Assembly (NCBI RefSeq): GCF_000009045.1
Contig: NC_000964.3
Location: 1,980,001 to 2,012,000 of the forward strand
Length of the DNA: 32,000 nucleotides
Direction: 5' to 3'
From: Bacillus subtilis subsp. subtilis str. 168
Lineage (GTDB): Bacteria > Bacillota > Bacilli > Bacillales > Bacillaceae
Shown here one piece after another: positions 16,201 through 24,676 of the stretch. A program made the position numbers and the translations under genes. How positions within the stretch are numbered: position 1 is the first letter of the stretch; each line of letters starts with the position of its first letter. The notes beneath the pieces are model-generated. The model ran no database searches. It was not told the origin of the DNA and saw only the letters and a program-made list of their open reading frames with translations.

Positions 16201-17957
16201 TTTTCGCTCGCAAGAGATGTCATGTCCACTTCAAGCGTTTCGCCAGAAAAGTTTGGTGCGGAGCATCCCGGCTGTGTCAGCAAGAGCGATGCCCCGCTGT
16301 CTTTCAGCATGTAGCTCAGCCGCTCCTTTGGATACGCAGGATCAAGCGGCAAATACGCCCCGCCGGCCTTCAATACAGCAAGGACAGCGATCAGCATGTC
16401 AGGTGAGCGTTCAGACAGGACACCGACGATACTTTCGTTTGTGACGCCGCGTGCCGCAAGGTGCGCAGCCAGCCGGCTGGCGTACATATCAAGCTCAGCG
16501 TATGTCAGCGAACCGCCTGAAAAGCGAATGGCCAGCCGCTCCGGTGTGAAAGCTGCCTGTCGCTCAAACAGCCCATGCAGGGTGAAAGCTTTAGGCGAAA
16601 CAGCTTCCGTCTTGTTAAACTCATACAACAATTTTTGCTTTTCTCTTGTATTCGTCATATCTAATTCTCTTATAAAGCTGTGCGGATGTTTAAGGGCGTT
16701 TTCCAGTATGGTAAGCAGATGAGATTGTATTCGTTTAATATCCTCAAGAGAAAACAAGGTATTTTGATAGTCGAAATTTAATTGAATGGTTCCATTGTCT
16801 ATCCGTTCTTGTATTTGAACTGAAAGTTCGTTCGCGGTGTATCCGCTGAAATAAAGCGCTGTTTCATAGTCAAAATCATCTGCATTGTGCCACTGAAGTG
16901 GCTGATACTGCATAGATATACCGATAAGGTTGTGTAAATCCTTCTGTTCATTTCTTAATTCATTTACAAGCAAATTATAAGGAAACCGTTGATGACGCAT
17001 AACAGAAAGCTGTTCCCTGCCTATTGTGCGGACAAAGGAAAGAAAATCTGTGTCAGGATCAACCGTTATTCTGATTGGAAGGGAACTAACGAACATGCCG
17101 AGCATTTCTTTTTCAGCCTTTGAACCTCTGTTGCCATAGTAGGTGCCAATGGCAAGATCTTTTTTAGAAGTGATTCGGCTGATGCATATGTAAAATGAAG
17201 CCATAAATAAGGAAATGATATTGATCTTGTGTTCTTCGCAGAAGATTCGAATCGTTTGCTCTAGATCAGGTGAAAGAATGATGGTGTCTCTGGATGCAGA
17301 TGTGCTCTGTTTTTGTAAGGACGTCTGGTCGGCTAACGAGTGGTATTCCAACGGGTGCTCAAAGGTTTGCGTCCAAAATAAACGGTCCTTTGCAAACCGT
17401 GGAGATTGTAGATATTGACTCTCTTTTTCGATGTAGCTCAAGTAAGAAGGTTCCGGCTGATCAGGTAAAGGATCTTTCTTTTTCATTTTTTGATAAAGAT
17501 CTATAATTTGATTTCCCATCACATTTAAAGAGATTCCATCCATTATGATATGATGGAATTTCGCAAATAGCCAAACTTCATGAGAGTCAATTCTAAGGAG
17601 GTAAAATTGAAAAAGAGGCGAGTTGAACAGTTTAAATGGAATGCTCGCTTGATCCTGAATCCATTGCTCTATTTCTATCATTTCAACATTTGAAAAATCA
17701 ATTATTCTAAGTGGATAATATTTATATTCAGTAAGGTGCAATCGAGGCTCAAGCTCTTCTCCTTCTAACAGCTGAAATCTAATGGCGTCGTTGCGGGAGA
17801 TGGAATGATTCAGTGCTCCCTCCAGAGTATCAAGCTCAATATTGCCTTTAAATTTCACACAAGCTGTAAGATTGCAAATGCTGGTATCTGGCTCCAGCAG
17901 TTCGGTAAACCACACTCTCCTTTGGGCATGGGTTAAAGAATAAGTATGTTCGCTCAA
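10272..17957 (-). CDS. ppsA: Plipastatin/fengycin synthetase subunit A, Cstarter-A(Glu)-T-C-A(Orn)-T-E, ~2561 aa
   Basis: Track ORF 10272..17978. The likely start is TTG at 17955-17957 (reads MSEHTYSLTHAQRRVWF...) with GGAGGG just upstream, giving 2561 aa. Motifs: FHHIIMDG, GGHSLKA, MHHIISDG, LGGDSIKALQV, HHLVIDGVSW. Confidence 0.96.
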   Translation of the reverse strand: MSEHTYSLTHAQRRVWFTELLEPDTSICNLTACVKFKGNIELDTLEGALNHSISRNDAIRFQLLEGEELEPRLHLTEYKYYPLRIIDFSNVEMIEIEQWIQDQASIPFKLFNSPLFQFYLLRIDSHEVWLFAKFHHIIMDGISLNVMGNQIIDLYQKMKKKDPLPDQPEPSYLSYIEKESQYLQSPRFAKDRLFWTQTFEHPLEYHSLADQTSLQKQSTSASRDTIILSPDLEQTIRIFCEEHKINIISLFMASFYICISRITSKKDLAIGTYYGNRGSKAEKEMLGMFVSSLPIRITVDPDTDFLSFVRTIGREQLSVMRHQRFPYNLLVNELRNEQKDLHNLIGISMQYQPLQWHNADDFDYETALYFSGYTANELSVQIQERIDNGTIQLNFDYQNTLFSLEDIKRIQSHLLTILENALKHPHSFIRELDMTNTREKQKLLYEFNKTEAVSPKAFTLHGLFERQAAFTPERLAIRFSGGSLTYAELDMYASRLAAHLAARGVTNESIVGVLSERSPDMLIAVLAVLKAGGAYLPLDPAYPKERLSYMLKDSGASLLLTQPGCSAPNFSGETLEVDMTSLASEKAENHEFTPADGGSLAYVIYTSGSTGQPKGVAVEHRQAVSFLTGMQHQFPLSEDDIVMVKTSFSFDASVWQLFWWSLSGASAYLLPPGWEKDSALIVQAIHQENVTTAHFIPAMLNSFLDQAEIERLSDRTSLKRVFAGGEPLAPRTAARFASVLPQVSLIHGYGPTEATVDAAFYVLDPERDRDRLRIPIGKPVPGARLYVLDPHLAVQPSGVAGELYIAGAGVARGYLNRPALTEERFLEDPFYPGERMYKTGDVARWLPDGNVEFLGRTDDQVKIRGYRIEPGEIEAALRSIEGVREAAVTVRTDSGEPELCAYVEGLQRNEVRAQLERLLPGYMVPAYMIEMEQWPVTPSGKLDRNALPAPGGAADAETYTAPRNVTEMKLSQLWEDVLKNGPVGIHDNFFDRGGHSLKATALVSRIAKEFDVQVPLKDVFAHPTVEGLATVIREGTDSPYEAIKPAEKQETYPVSSAQKRIYVLQQLEDGGTGYNMPAVLELEGKLNPERMERAFKELIKRHESLRTSFEQDAGGDPVQRIHDEVPFTLQTTVLGERTEQEAAAAFIKPFDLSQAPLFRAQIVKISDERHLLLVDMHHIISDGVSVNILIREFGELYNNRNLPALRIQYKDYAVWREGFKTGDAYKTQEAYWLKQLEGELPVLDLPADHARPPVRSFAGDKVSFTLDQEVASGLHKLARENGSTLYMVLLAAYTAFLSRLSGQEDIIVGSPIAGRPHKDLEPILGMFVNTLALRTRPEGGKPFVQYLQEVRETALEAFEHQDYPFEELVDKLELTRDMSRNPVFDAMFILQNVEKQDIDLREIKVRPANFAHHISLFDITLIATEISGSICCEMEFSTEVFLKATIERWADHFIEFLHEALSTPETSLAQINILSDKEKQKIVFEFNKTQVEFAQKDIPFHRIFEAKAEENPEHIAVIDNETEISYRLLNERANRLARTLQNRKGPKPTVAVLAKRSIDAIVGVLAVMKAGGVYIPIDAHYPKARIEYILRDSGADILLLQRELKHLISNSPESEMSHIFLDDEGSFEESNCNLNLSPAPEEPVYIIYTSGTTGAPKGVIVTYQNFTHAALAWRQIYELDRKPVRLLQIASFSFDVFSGDLARTLTNGGTLIVCPDETRLEPAEIYKIIKSQRITVMESTPALIIPVMEYVYRNQFKLPDLDILILGSDMVKAQDFKTLTDRFGQSMRIINSYGVTEATIDSSFYETSMGGECTGDNVPIGSPLPNVHMYVLSQTDQIQPIGVAGELCIGGAGVAKGYHHKPDLTQMKFTENPFVSGERLYRTGDRACWLPNGTIRLLGRMDYQVKINGYRIETEEIESVLLQTGLVREAAVAVQHDKNGQAGLAAYIVPSDVNTNALRAALTKELPAYMIPAYLIPLVNMPLTLNGKLDRNALPAPNNVLSRPYTAPVNDLQKTMAYIWEDVLSMSRVGIHDSFFELGGDSIKALQVAARLAAEGWSMTIRDLFRYSTIQELCGHITPLASQADQGPAEGEAELTPIQRRFFGQVHAFHYHYNQSVMLFSEKGFNANALHLALRKITEHHDAIRMIFQRDQNGHVIQFNRGINHKDHELFGLYISDWTKASLERAHLDEKLAAEETVIQSKMNVEKGPLLQAGLFKTAEGDHLLIALHHLVIDGVSWRILLEDLAAAYQQALEKKEIQLPPKTDSYLSYADGLTQIAESKQLLSEKTYWQTILDAHTAFLPKDIENVPDKLQMNSDAAAFVLSGDWTEKLLFETQQAYGTDANELLLTALGMALSEWTGHDQIVISTEGHGREGHVPNIDISRTVGWFTSIYPILLDMGIPEPFEDQLAYRIKTTKDMLRRVPNKGTGYGLLTHIGELRHKEPEVSFNYLGQFSEEKEVETFQLSYYQPRYEIAGEREREYELDINALITDGRLHVKAVYTQVFSKHSIECFMDRFHRHLIETIEHCSQKKAREKTLSDFSNKELTLSALSSIEDLVKDL
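11970..13475 (-). other. PpsA module 2 adenylation domain, predicted Orn-activating
   Basis: Pocket residues from SFSFDVFSGD, ITVMESTP, ILILGSD and NSYGVTEATIDSS give DVGEIGSID, the fengycin Orn code. Confidence 0.88.
15100..16585 (-). other. PpsA module 1 adenylation domain, predicted Glu-activating
   Basis: Pocket residues from SFSFDASVW, TTAHFIP, RVFAGGE and HGYGPTEATVDAAF give DAWHFGGVD (Glu). Confidence 0.9.
15428..16552. repeat. Near-identical direct repeat, copy 2 (ppsA Glu A domain)
   Basis: Partner of 1-1125. The ORF track echoes it: identical-length antisense ORFs at 413..979 and 15840..16406. Confidence 0.93.
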
Positions 17958-18061
17958 CGGATTCCCTCCAGTTCTCATAATAAGAGGATAAGAAAATGTA
18001 GAAAAAAGCAGAAAAATGACAATAAAAGAAATTATATGACTATATAATCCATATATGCACT

Positions 18062-18089
18062 ATATTAACGGATATTTTTTAAAGTACAA
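18062..18089 (-). promoter_or_regulatory. Candidate sigma-A-like promoter for the pps operon
   Basis: Reverse strand TTGTAC (18084-18089) - 16 nt - TAATAT (18062-18067) in an AT-rich intergenic region ~105 nt upstream of the ppsA TTG start. Weak match; alternatives exist. Confidence 0.3.
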
Positions 18090-18300
18090 TAAAAAACATT
18101 AAATTTTTATAACATTTTTTTTGAATATAGTATTATTTCTTTATTTTTCGTTTCTTTTTTTATCAAATTTCCGGATATAAAGTGATAAAAGTATTGTTTT
18201 ACATAAGGTCTTATACACTACTTTTTAATCGGACTAATTTTCTTTTGTGCATCATTCTTCTAATTGTTGGAAGGTTCGACAAAGCGTTATTACAGACATA

Positions 18301-18330
18301 AAAAAACCTGTTTTCTCTTGGAAAACAGGT
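18301..18330 (-). terminator. Intrinsic terminator downstream of dacC
   Basis: 10-bp stem ACCTGTTTTC/GAAAACAGGT (18306-18315/18321-18330) followed on the minus strand by a T run. Confidence 0.85.
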
Positions 18331-18339
18331 CTCCCGCTA

Positions 18340-20832
<2,493 letters not shown>

Positions 20833-20916
20833 TCAACCTCTCCTTGATTCATTGCTAGTATAAGAATTCAATGTACTGTACCATATTTCCTCCATTTTAT
20901 ATTTTCCCCTATCAAA

Positions 20917-20949
20917 TAAAAAAACACCGTTCAAACTTATGAACGGTGT
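20917..20949 (-). terminator. Intrinsic terminator downstream of yoeA
   Basis: Hairpin ACACCGTTCA/TGAACGGTGT (20924-20933/20940-20949) with a minus-strand T run. Confidence 0.85.
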
Positions 20950-20959
20950 GATTCGGAGG

Positions 20960-22351
20960 CTATTGGATGAGACGTGTGATTTGTTTCTTTTTCCAGACGA
21001 ATTGATAATACCCATAAATCAACAGCAAGCTGACGGCAAACGCAGCTGGATAACCAACCCAGACGCCGAGTATTTCAAGCTTTGTATAGTGAGAAAGGAC
21101 GAAAGCGACAGGCACCTCTACTCCCCAGATTGCAAAAATACTGATGACGGTCGGCCATAAAACTGTTCCGCTTGCCCGCATCGTTGCAGAAATAATTTGG
21201 GCATTTCCAAACAGCAAATAGCTCCACAGTGTAATCATCAAAAGACGGTGCGCAATGTAAAGCGTCTCTTGCTCGGTTAAAAATAACGATAAAATCTGAT
21301 GTGAAAAAACATAGATCAGAATGATCAGTACGCCGCCAATGATATAATTCAGCCAAATCCCAACGCGAATGACCTGCTTTAAGCGGTCAAACTCGTTTGC
21401 TCCGATCGATTGCGCAGCGAAAATAGAAACCGCAATACCAAGGCTGACGGCCGGCATCTGTACATAGCTGGCCACCTGGTTGACCACTCCGTATGCAGCT
21501 GTTGCATTAGAGCCGTAATGATTGACGAATGAAATAACCGCTATCTCTGATAATGAGACAAGAATCATATTGATGCTTGCTGGGACCCCAAGACGCAGCA
21601 GGAGAACCAGCAGTTCCTTATCCATTTTCAAATAACGACGCACTGTTTTATCAAATTGCAGCGGGTGTTTTCGCTTTCGTAAATACACCATTAACACGAG
21701 AAAAGTCGCAATCGTGGAAATGACAGTTGCATATGCCGAGCCGTATATGCCCAGTTTCGGAAAACCAAACATGCCAAGGATTAAAACAGGCAAAAGCGCG
21801 ATGTTGATGACCGTGCTCACAATCAGCGTATAAAACGGTGTCTTGGAATCTCCTGTTCCGCGCAAAAAGGTAGTATATGCAAAATATAAAAACATAAACG
21901 GCATAGCATAAAATAAAATACGTGCATAGTTAGCGCTGACATGAATGACATTTTCAGGTGTTCCCATTAAACGAAGGATATCCAGGGTGAAAATACTGCC
22001 GATAACGGCTAACACAACGCCTAATAAAAATGTAAACGTGAGTGTCGTCCCGACAACAGCCTTTAGCCGTTCCTCATTTTTCGCTCCGTAAGCTTGTCCT
22101 ATCAGAATCGAACTTCCTGAACCGATCCCAATCGTAAATGAGATTAAAAGAAAAAATAACGGGAAAAAGGATGATACAGCTGCCACTGCATCAACACCGA
22201 GCCATCTGCCTACAGCCATCATCCCGACTAGCTGGCCGACTGATTGCAGCACATTGCTCAGCAGAAGCGGCACTAAAAAGAGTGACATCGACCGCCAAAC
22301 TGATGGTTTGCTTTTCTTTTGAGTTACAAGAGGTTCTTGTGATGTTTCCAT
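20960..22351 (-). CDS. yoeA: MATE-family multidrug/Na+ efflux transporter, 463 aa
   Basis: Typical MATE length with about 12 hydrophobic segments. Motifs: LLLSNVLQSVGQLVGMMAVGRWLG, RGTGDSKTPFYTLI, SIFAAQSIGANEF. Confidence 0.9.
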   Translation of the reverse strand: METSQEPLVTQKKSKPSVWRSMSLFLVPLLLSNVLQSVGQLVGMMAVGRWLGVDAVAAVSSFFPLFFLLISFTIGIGSGSSILIGQAYGAKNEERLKAVVGTTLTFTFLLGVVLAVIGSIFTLDILRLMGTPENVIHVSANYARILFYAMPFMFLYFAYTTFLRGTGDSKTPFYTLIVSTVINIALLPVLILGMFGFPKLGIYGSAYATVISTIATFLVLMVYLRKRKHPLQFDKTVRRYLKMDKELLVLLLRLGVPASINMILVSLSEIAVISFVNHYGSNATAAYGVVNQVASYVQMPAVSLGIAVSIFAAQSIGANEFDRLKQVIRVGIWLNYIIGGVLIILIYVFSHQILSLFLTEQETLYIAHRLLMITLWSYLLFGNAQIISATMRASGTVLWPTVISIFAIWGVEVPVAFVLSHYTKLEILGVWVGYPAAFAVSLLLIYGYYQFVWKKKQITRLIQ

Positions 22352-22567
22352 ATTAAAGGACTCCTTTATTTGAAATCGTTTTTAAACATGCCCTCATTTT
22401 TTGACAAAAACAGGATATGTAACATGTTATTATTCATCACTGCACTTATGAAACCCTTCCCGATTCTTCTAATTTTACACATCTTTTTAGCTTATGAAGA
22501 ATAAACTAGCAAGTAATGGCGTATTTTTTGTGAGTAAAAGAATAAAAAATAATTTATGCAAAAGTAT

Positions 22568-22602
22568 TGTAATCTATCCGTAATTATTGTAACATTTGTA
22601 AC
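22568..22602 (+). promoter_or_regulatory. Cluster of TGTAAY-type repeats upstream of iseA, compatible with a WalR-box-like element
   Basis: TGTAAT-N5-CGTAAT (22568-22584), then TGTAAC (22588-22593) and TGTAAC (22597-22602). The first pair fits the WalR consensus TGTWAH-N5-TGTWAH with one mismatch; iseA/yoeB is a known WalRK target. Confidence 0.5.
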
Positions 22603-22636
22603 ATAAGAGAAAGAGATTTTGAAGGAGAGAGCGATA

Positions 22637-23182
22637 ATGAAAAAATGTCTTCTATTTCTAACAACCATTGCACTTATTCTGTCATTAAGCACAAATGCAT
22701 TTGCGAAAAATACATCAGGCGATTTATCACAAAAACAAGCATTACAGTTGGCATTATCCGCTAGAGAACATTTTTGGAACACCATGAGCGGCCACAATCC
22801 GAAGGTGAAAAAAGCAGTTTGCCCATCAGGCACATTCGAGTATCAAAATCTTCAATATGTATACATGTGCAGTGATCTAGGCACTAAAGCAAAAGCGGTG
22901 AATTATTTAACTCCTATTTTTACAAAAACAGCAATCGAAAAAGGCTTTAAAGATTATCATTTCACTGTTTCAAAAGGAAAACTTGCTGTTCCAATCGGTG
23001 ACGGAGACAATCTTTTGAATTGGAAAAAATCAACTGCTAAACTGATCTCTAAAAAAGGCAGCACAATCACATACGAATTTACTGTCCCTACATTAGACGG
23101 ATCCCCTTCTGCAAAACGGAAAGTGACATTTGTGAAAGAAAATAAAAAATGGAAAGTCAATCAATTTGACGCAGTTATATAA
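22637..23182 (+). CDS. iseA: Secreted inhibitor of cell-wall DL-endopeptidases (IseA/YoeB), ~181 aa
   Basis: MKKCLLFLTTIALILSLSTNAFA signal peptide. Start at 22637 with GAAGGAGAGAG RBS. The sequence and position match YoeB. The track start at 22619 is over-extended. Confidence 0.9.
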   Translation: MKKCLLFLTTIALILSLSTNAFAKNTSGDLSQKQALQLALSAREHFWNTMSGHNPKVKKAVCPSGTFEYQNLQYVYMCSDLGTKAKAVNYLTPIFTKTAIEKGFKDYHFTVSKGKLAVPIGDGDNLLNWKKSTAKLISKKGSTITYEFTVPTLDGSPSAKRKVTFVKENKKWKVNQFDAVI

Positions 23183-23187
23183 GAAAA

Positions 23188-23214
23188 ACGCCCGGTATAA
23201 GCGGGCGTTTTTTA
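23188..23214 (+). terminator. Intrinsic terminator downstream of iseA
   Basis: ACGCCCG/CGGGCGT stem followed by a T run. Confidence 0.88.
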
Positions 23215-23230
23215 TTTGGTTTGCATAAAG

Positions 23231-23265
23231 AAAGACAACAGGCGAAAAGTGCCTGTTGTCTTTTT
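23231..23265. terminator. 13-bp perfect-stem hairpin between convergent iseA and tRNA-Arg; probably a bidirectional terminator
   Basis: AAAGACAACAGGC / GCCTGTTGTCTTT (23231-23243/23251-23263). The T run is stronger on the plus side. Confidence 0.75.
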
Positions 23266-23275
23266 GTGAATATAA

Positions 23276-23348
23276 CGCTCTAGGAGAGATTCGAACTCCC
23301 GACCTGCAGTTTAGGAAACTGCTGCACTATCCGCTGTGCTACTAGAGC
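23276..23348 (-). tRNA. trnQ-Arg: tRNA-Arg, anticodon CCU (decodes AGG); 3' CCA not encoded
   Basis: Reverse complement GCTCTAG...CTAGAGCG with 7-bp acceptor stem, D arm GCAC/GTGC, anticodon stem-loop GCAGT-TTCCTAA-ACTGC and TTCGAAT T-loop. The discriminator G is followed by TTAT, not CCA. Confidence 0.95.
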
Positions 23349-23400
23349 TTTTGGTATTTATATAGTAGCTCTGATGATCAATATTTTCAAGCGATTTGTA

Positions 23401-23946
23401 TTAAAGCCCTCCAAAAACCTTATATGCGGCTCTTGTCGTATCTTCATCAATACCGATATACCGCATTGTAATTGATGGTGATGAATGATTCAGTATTCTC
23501 TGCAGCTCGGCGATGTCTTTCGTTCGCTGATAAAAATGATAGCCAAACGTTTTCCGGAGTGTATGCGTCCCTATCTCCTCAAGTCCGCACGCTGCAGCGG
23601 CCTCTCTTAAAATTCTGTAGGCCTGAATGCGGGAAATCGGCTTCCTGGTCCGCACTGATTTAAAAAGATATTCGTTTTCCTTCATGTCTTTCGTATACTC
23701 GTATATTTCCTGTTTCAGCGATTCTAAAATAAGAATCTTTCTTTTCTTTTTCGTTTTGCTTTCAGTCGCCCATAAATGATCTTTATTTTGAACGTCCTTC
23801 ACTTGCAGCGGCAGAATATCAGAAATACGGAGCGCGCTGTTGATGCCGAAAATAAACAGAAAATAATCCCGCTTGTTTTTGTTAAGCAAATACTGTTTGA
23901 CTTCTTGGATTTTCTCTAGACTGCGAATCGGCTGTACAATATGCAT
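23401..23946 (-). CDS. yoeC: Tyrosine recombinase/integrase-family protein containing only the catalytic domain, ~181 aa
   Basis: Catalytic signature R (ALRISD), K (KTKKKR), HTLR, H (ILNHSS) and Y (MRYIG). RBS AAGGAG upstream of ATG at 23946. No N-terminal core-binding domain. Confidence 0.88.
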   Translation of the reverse strand: MHIVQPIRSLEKIQEVKQYLLNKNKRDYFLFIFGINSALRISDILPLQVKDVQNKDHLWATESKTKKKRKILILESLKQEIYEYTKDMKENEYLFKSVRTRKPISRIQAYRILREAAAACGLEEIGTHTLRKTFGYHFYQRTKDIAELQRILNHSSPSITMRYIGIDEDTTRAAYKVFGGL

Positions 23947-23967
23947 CAAAAAACTCCTTAAAAACCG

Positions 23968-23995
23968 TTATGTAACATTTTGAGGTCTATGTTAC
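23968..23995. promoter_or_regulatory. Operator-like module A: TTATGTAACAT...TGTTAC
   Basis: TTATGTAACATTTTGAGGTCTATGTTAC, immediately downstream of the yoeC -10 and covering the expected start point. Confidence 0.5.
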
Positions 23996-23996
23996 T

Positions 23997-24024
23997 ATTA
24001 TAGCTGAAAAACGTTGAATGTCAA
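23997..24024 (-). promoter_or_regulatory. Perfect-consensus sigma-A-type promoter for yoeC
   Basis: Minus strand TTGACA (24019-24024) - 16 nt - TATAAT (23997-24002), with the -10 ~51 nt upstream of the yoeC ATG. Confidence 0.8.
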
Positions 24025-24037
24025 AGTGCGGCGGCGT

Positions 24038-24065
24038 TTATGTAACATAATATACATAGTGTTAC
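24038..24065. promoter_or_regulatory. Operator-like module B: TTATGTAACAT...TGTTAC
   Basis: TTATGTAACATAATATACATAGTGTTAC, exactly 70 bp from module A with the same 19-nt internal spacing, upstream of the yoeC -35. Confidence 0.5.
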
Positions 24066-24232
24066 ATAAGCTTTTAAAAAAGCTTCTTCCAACCTTCACC
24101 CTATAAAATAAGCTTTAAAGCCTCTTATAAAGCTTTTAACCTCTTGGATACTTATCCCCCTACTAATCATCAAAAAACCTCTTAAAATGAAATCTGACAC
24201 TCCCAATTTTCTGGAGCTTCCGCAAAAATATA

Positions 24233-24261
24233 CAAAAAAAGACACAATTTCAAATTGTGTC
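24233..24261 (-). terminator. Intrinsic terminator downstream of yoeD
   Basis: Near-perfect palindrome GACACAATTT-C-AAATTGTGTC (24241-24261) with a minus-strand T7 run. Confidence 0.8.
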
Positions 24262-24492
24262 CTAATCCTCATCCTTTACATCAATATCTTCCGGGATCGG
24301 TTCATTTAATATTTCCTGCACAAGTGCTTTGTAATTCTCCAGCTGTTCGAGATGCGTTTTGAACTGTTCCTTATAAATCAAAAATTGCTCCCCGTCATGA
24401 ACGGCTCTGATTTTCCCTTCGAGCACCAAGCTTTTAATATAATCCTCTGAAAGATTTGTATATTCTGCTGTTTCTTCAATCGTTAAATACAT
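24262..24492 (-). CDS. yoeD: Small excisionase/MerR-type helix-turn-helix DNA-binding protein, 76 aa
   Basis: MYLTIEETAEYTNLSEDYIKSLVLEGKIRAVHDGEQFLIYKEQFKTHL is a typical excisionase-family wHTH. RBS AGAAGGGA. Confidence 0.8.
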   Translation of the reverse strand: MYLTIEETAEYTNLSEDYIKSLVLEGKIRAVHDGEQFLIYKEQFKTHLEQLENYKALVQEILNEPIPEDIDVKDED

Positions 24493-24676
24493 ATAGCAGT
24501 CCCTTCTTAATCCGTATGCTGATTCTAATATAGCACATGGCTCATATCAATATAATCAATTCTGCACAGAAAAACGGCATTATGCACTATATAATATACC
24601 ATTTGTCACTTGTGAAAACGCTGTAATTTTTTTACGCTAAGATTGTAACAATACAGCTTCATATAGGAGGGAGAAC

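Noticed and set aside
11866-16722. Many other plus-strand ORFs of 60-120 aa across ppsA and ppsB
   Set aside because: All are antisense to well-supported NRPS frames and have non-natural composition; treated as track artefacts.
20960-22351. Considered yoeA (MATE exporter) as the plipastatin exporter
   Set aside because: Position alone is weak evidence. It is a separate unit with its own terminator and no sequence feature ties it to lipopeptide export.
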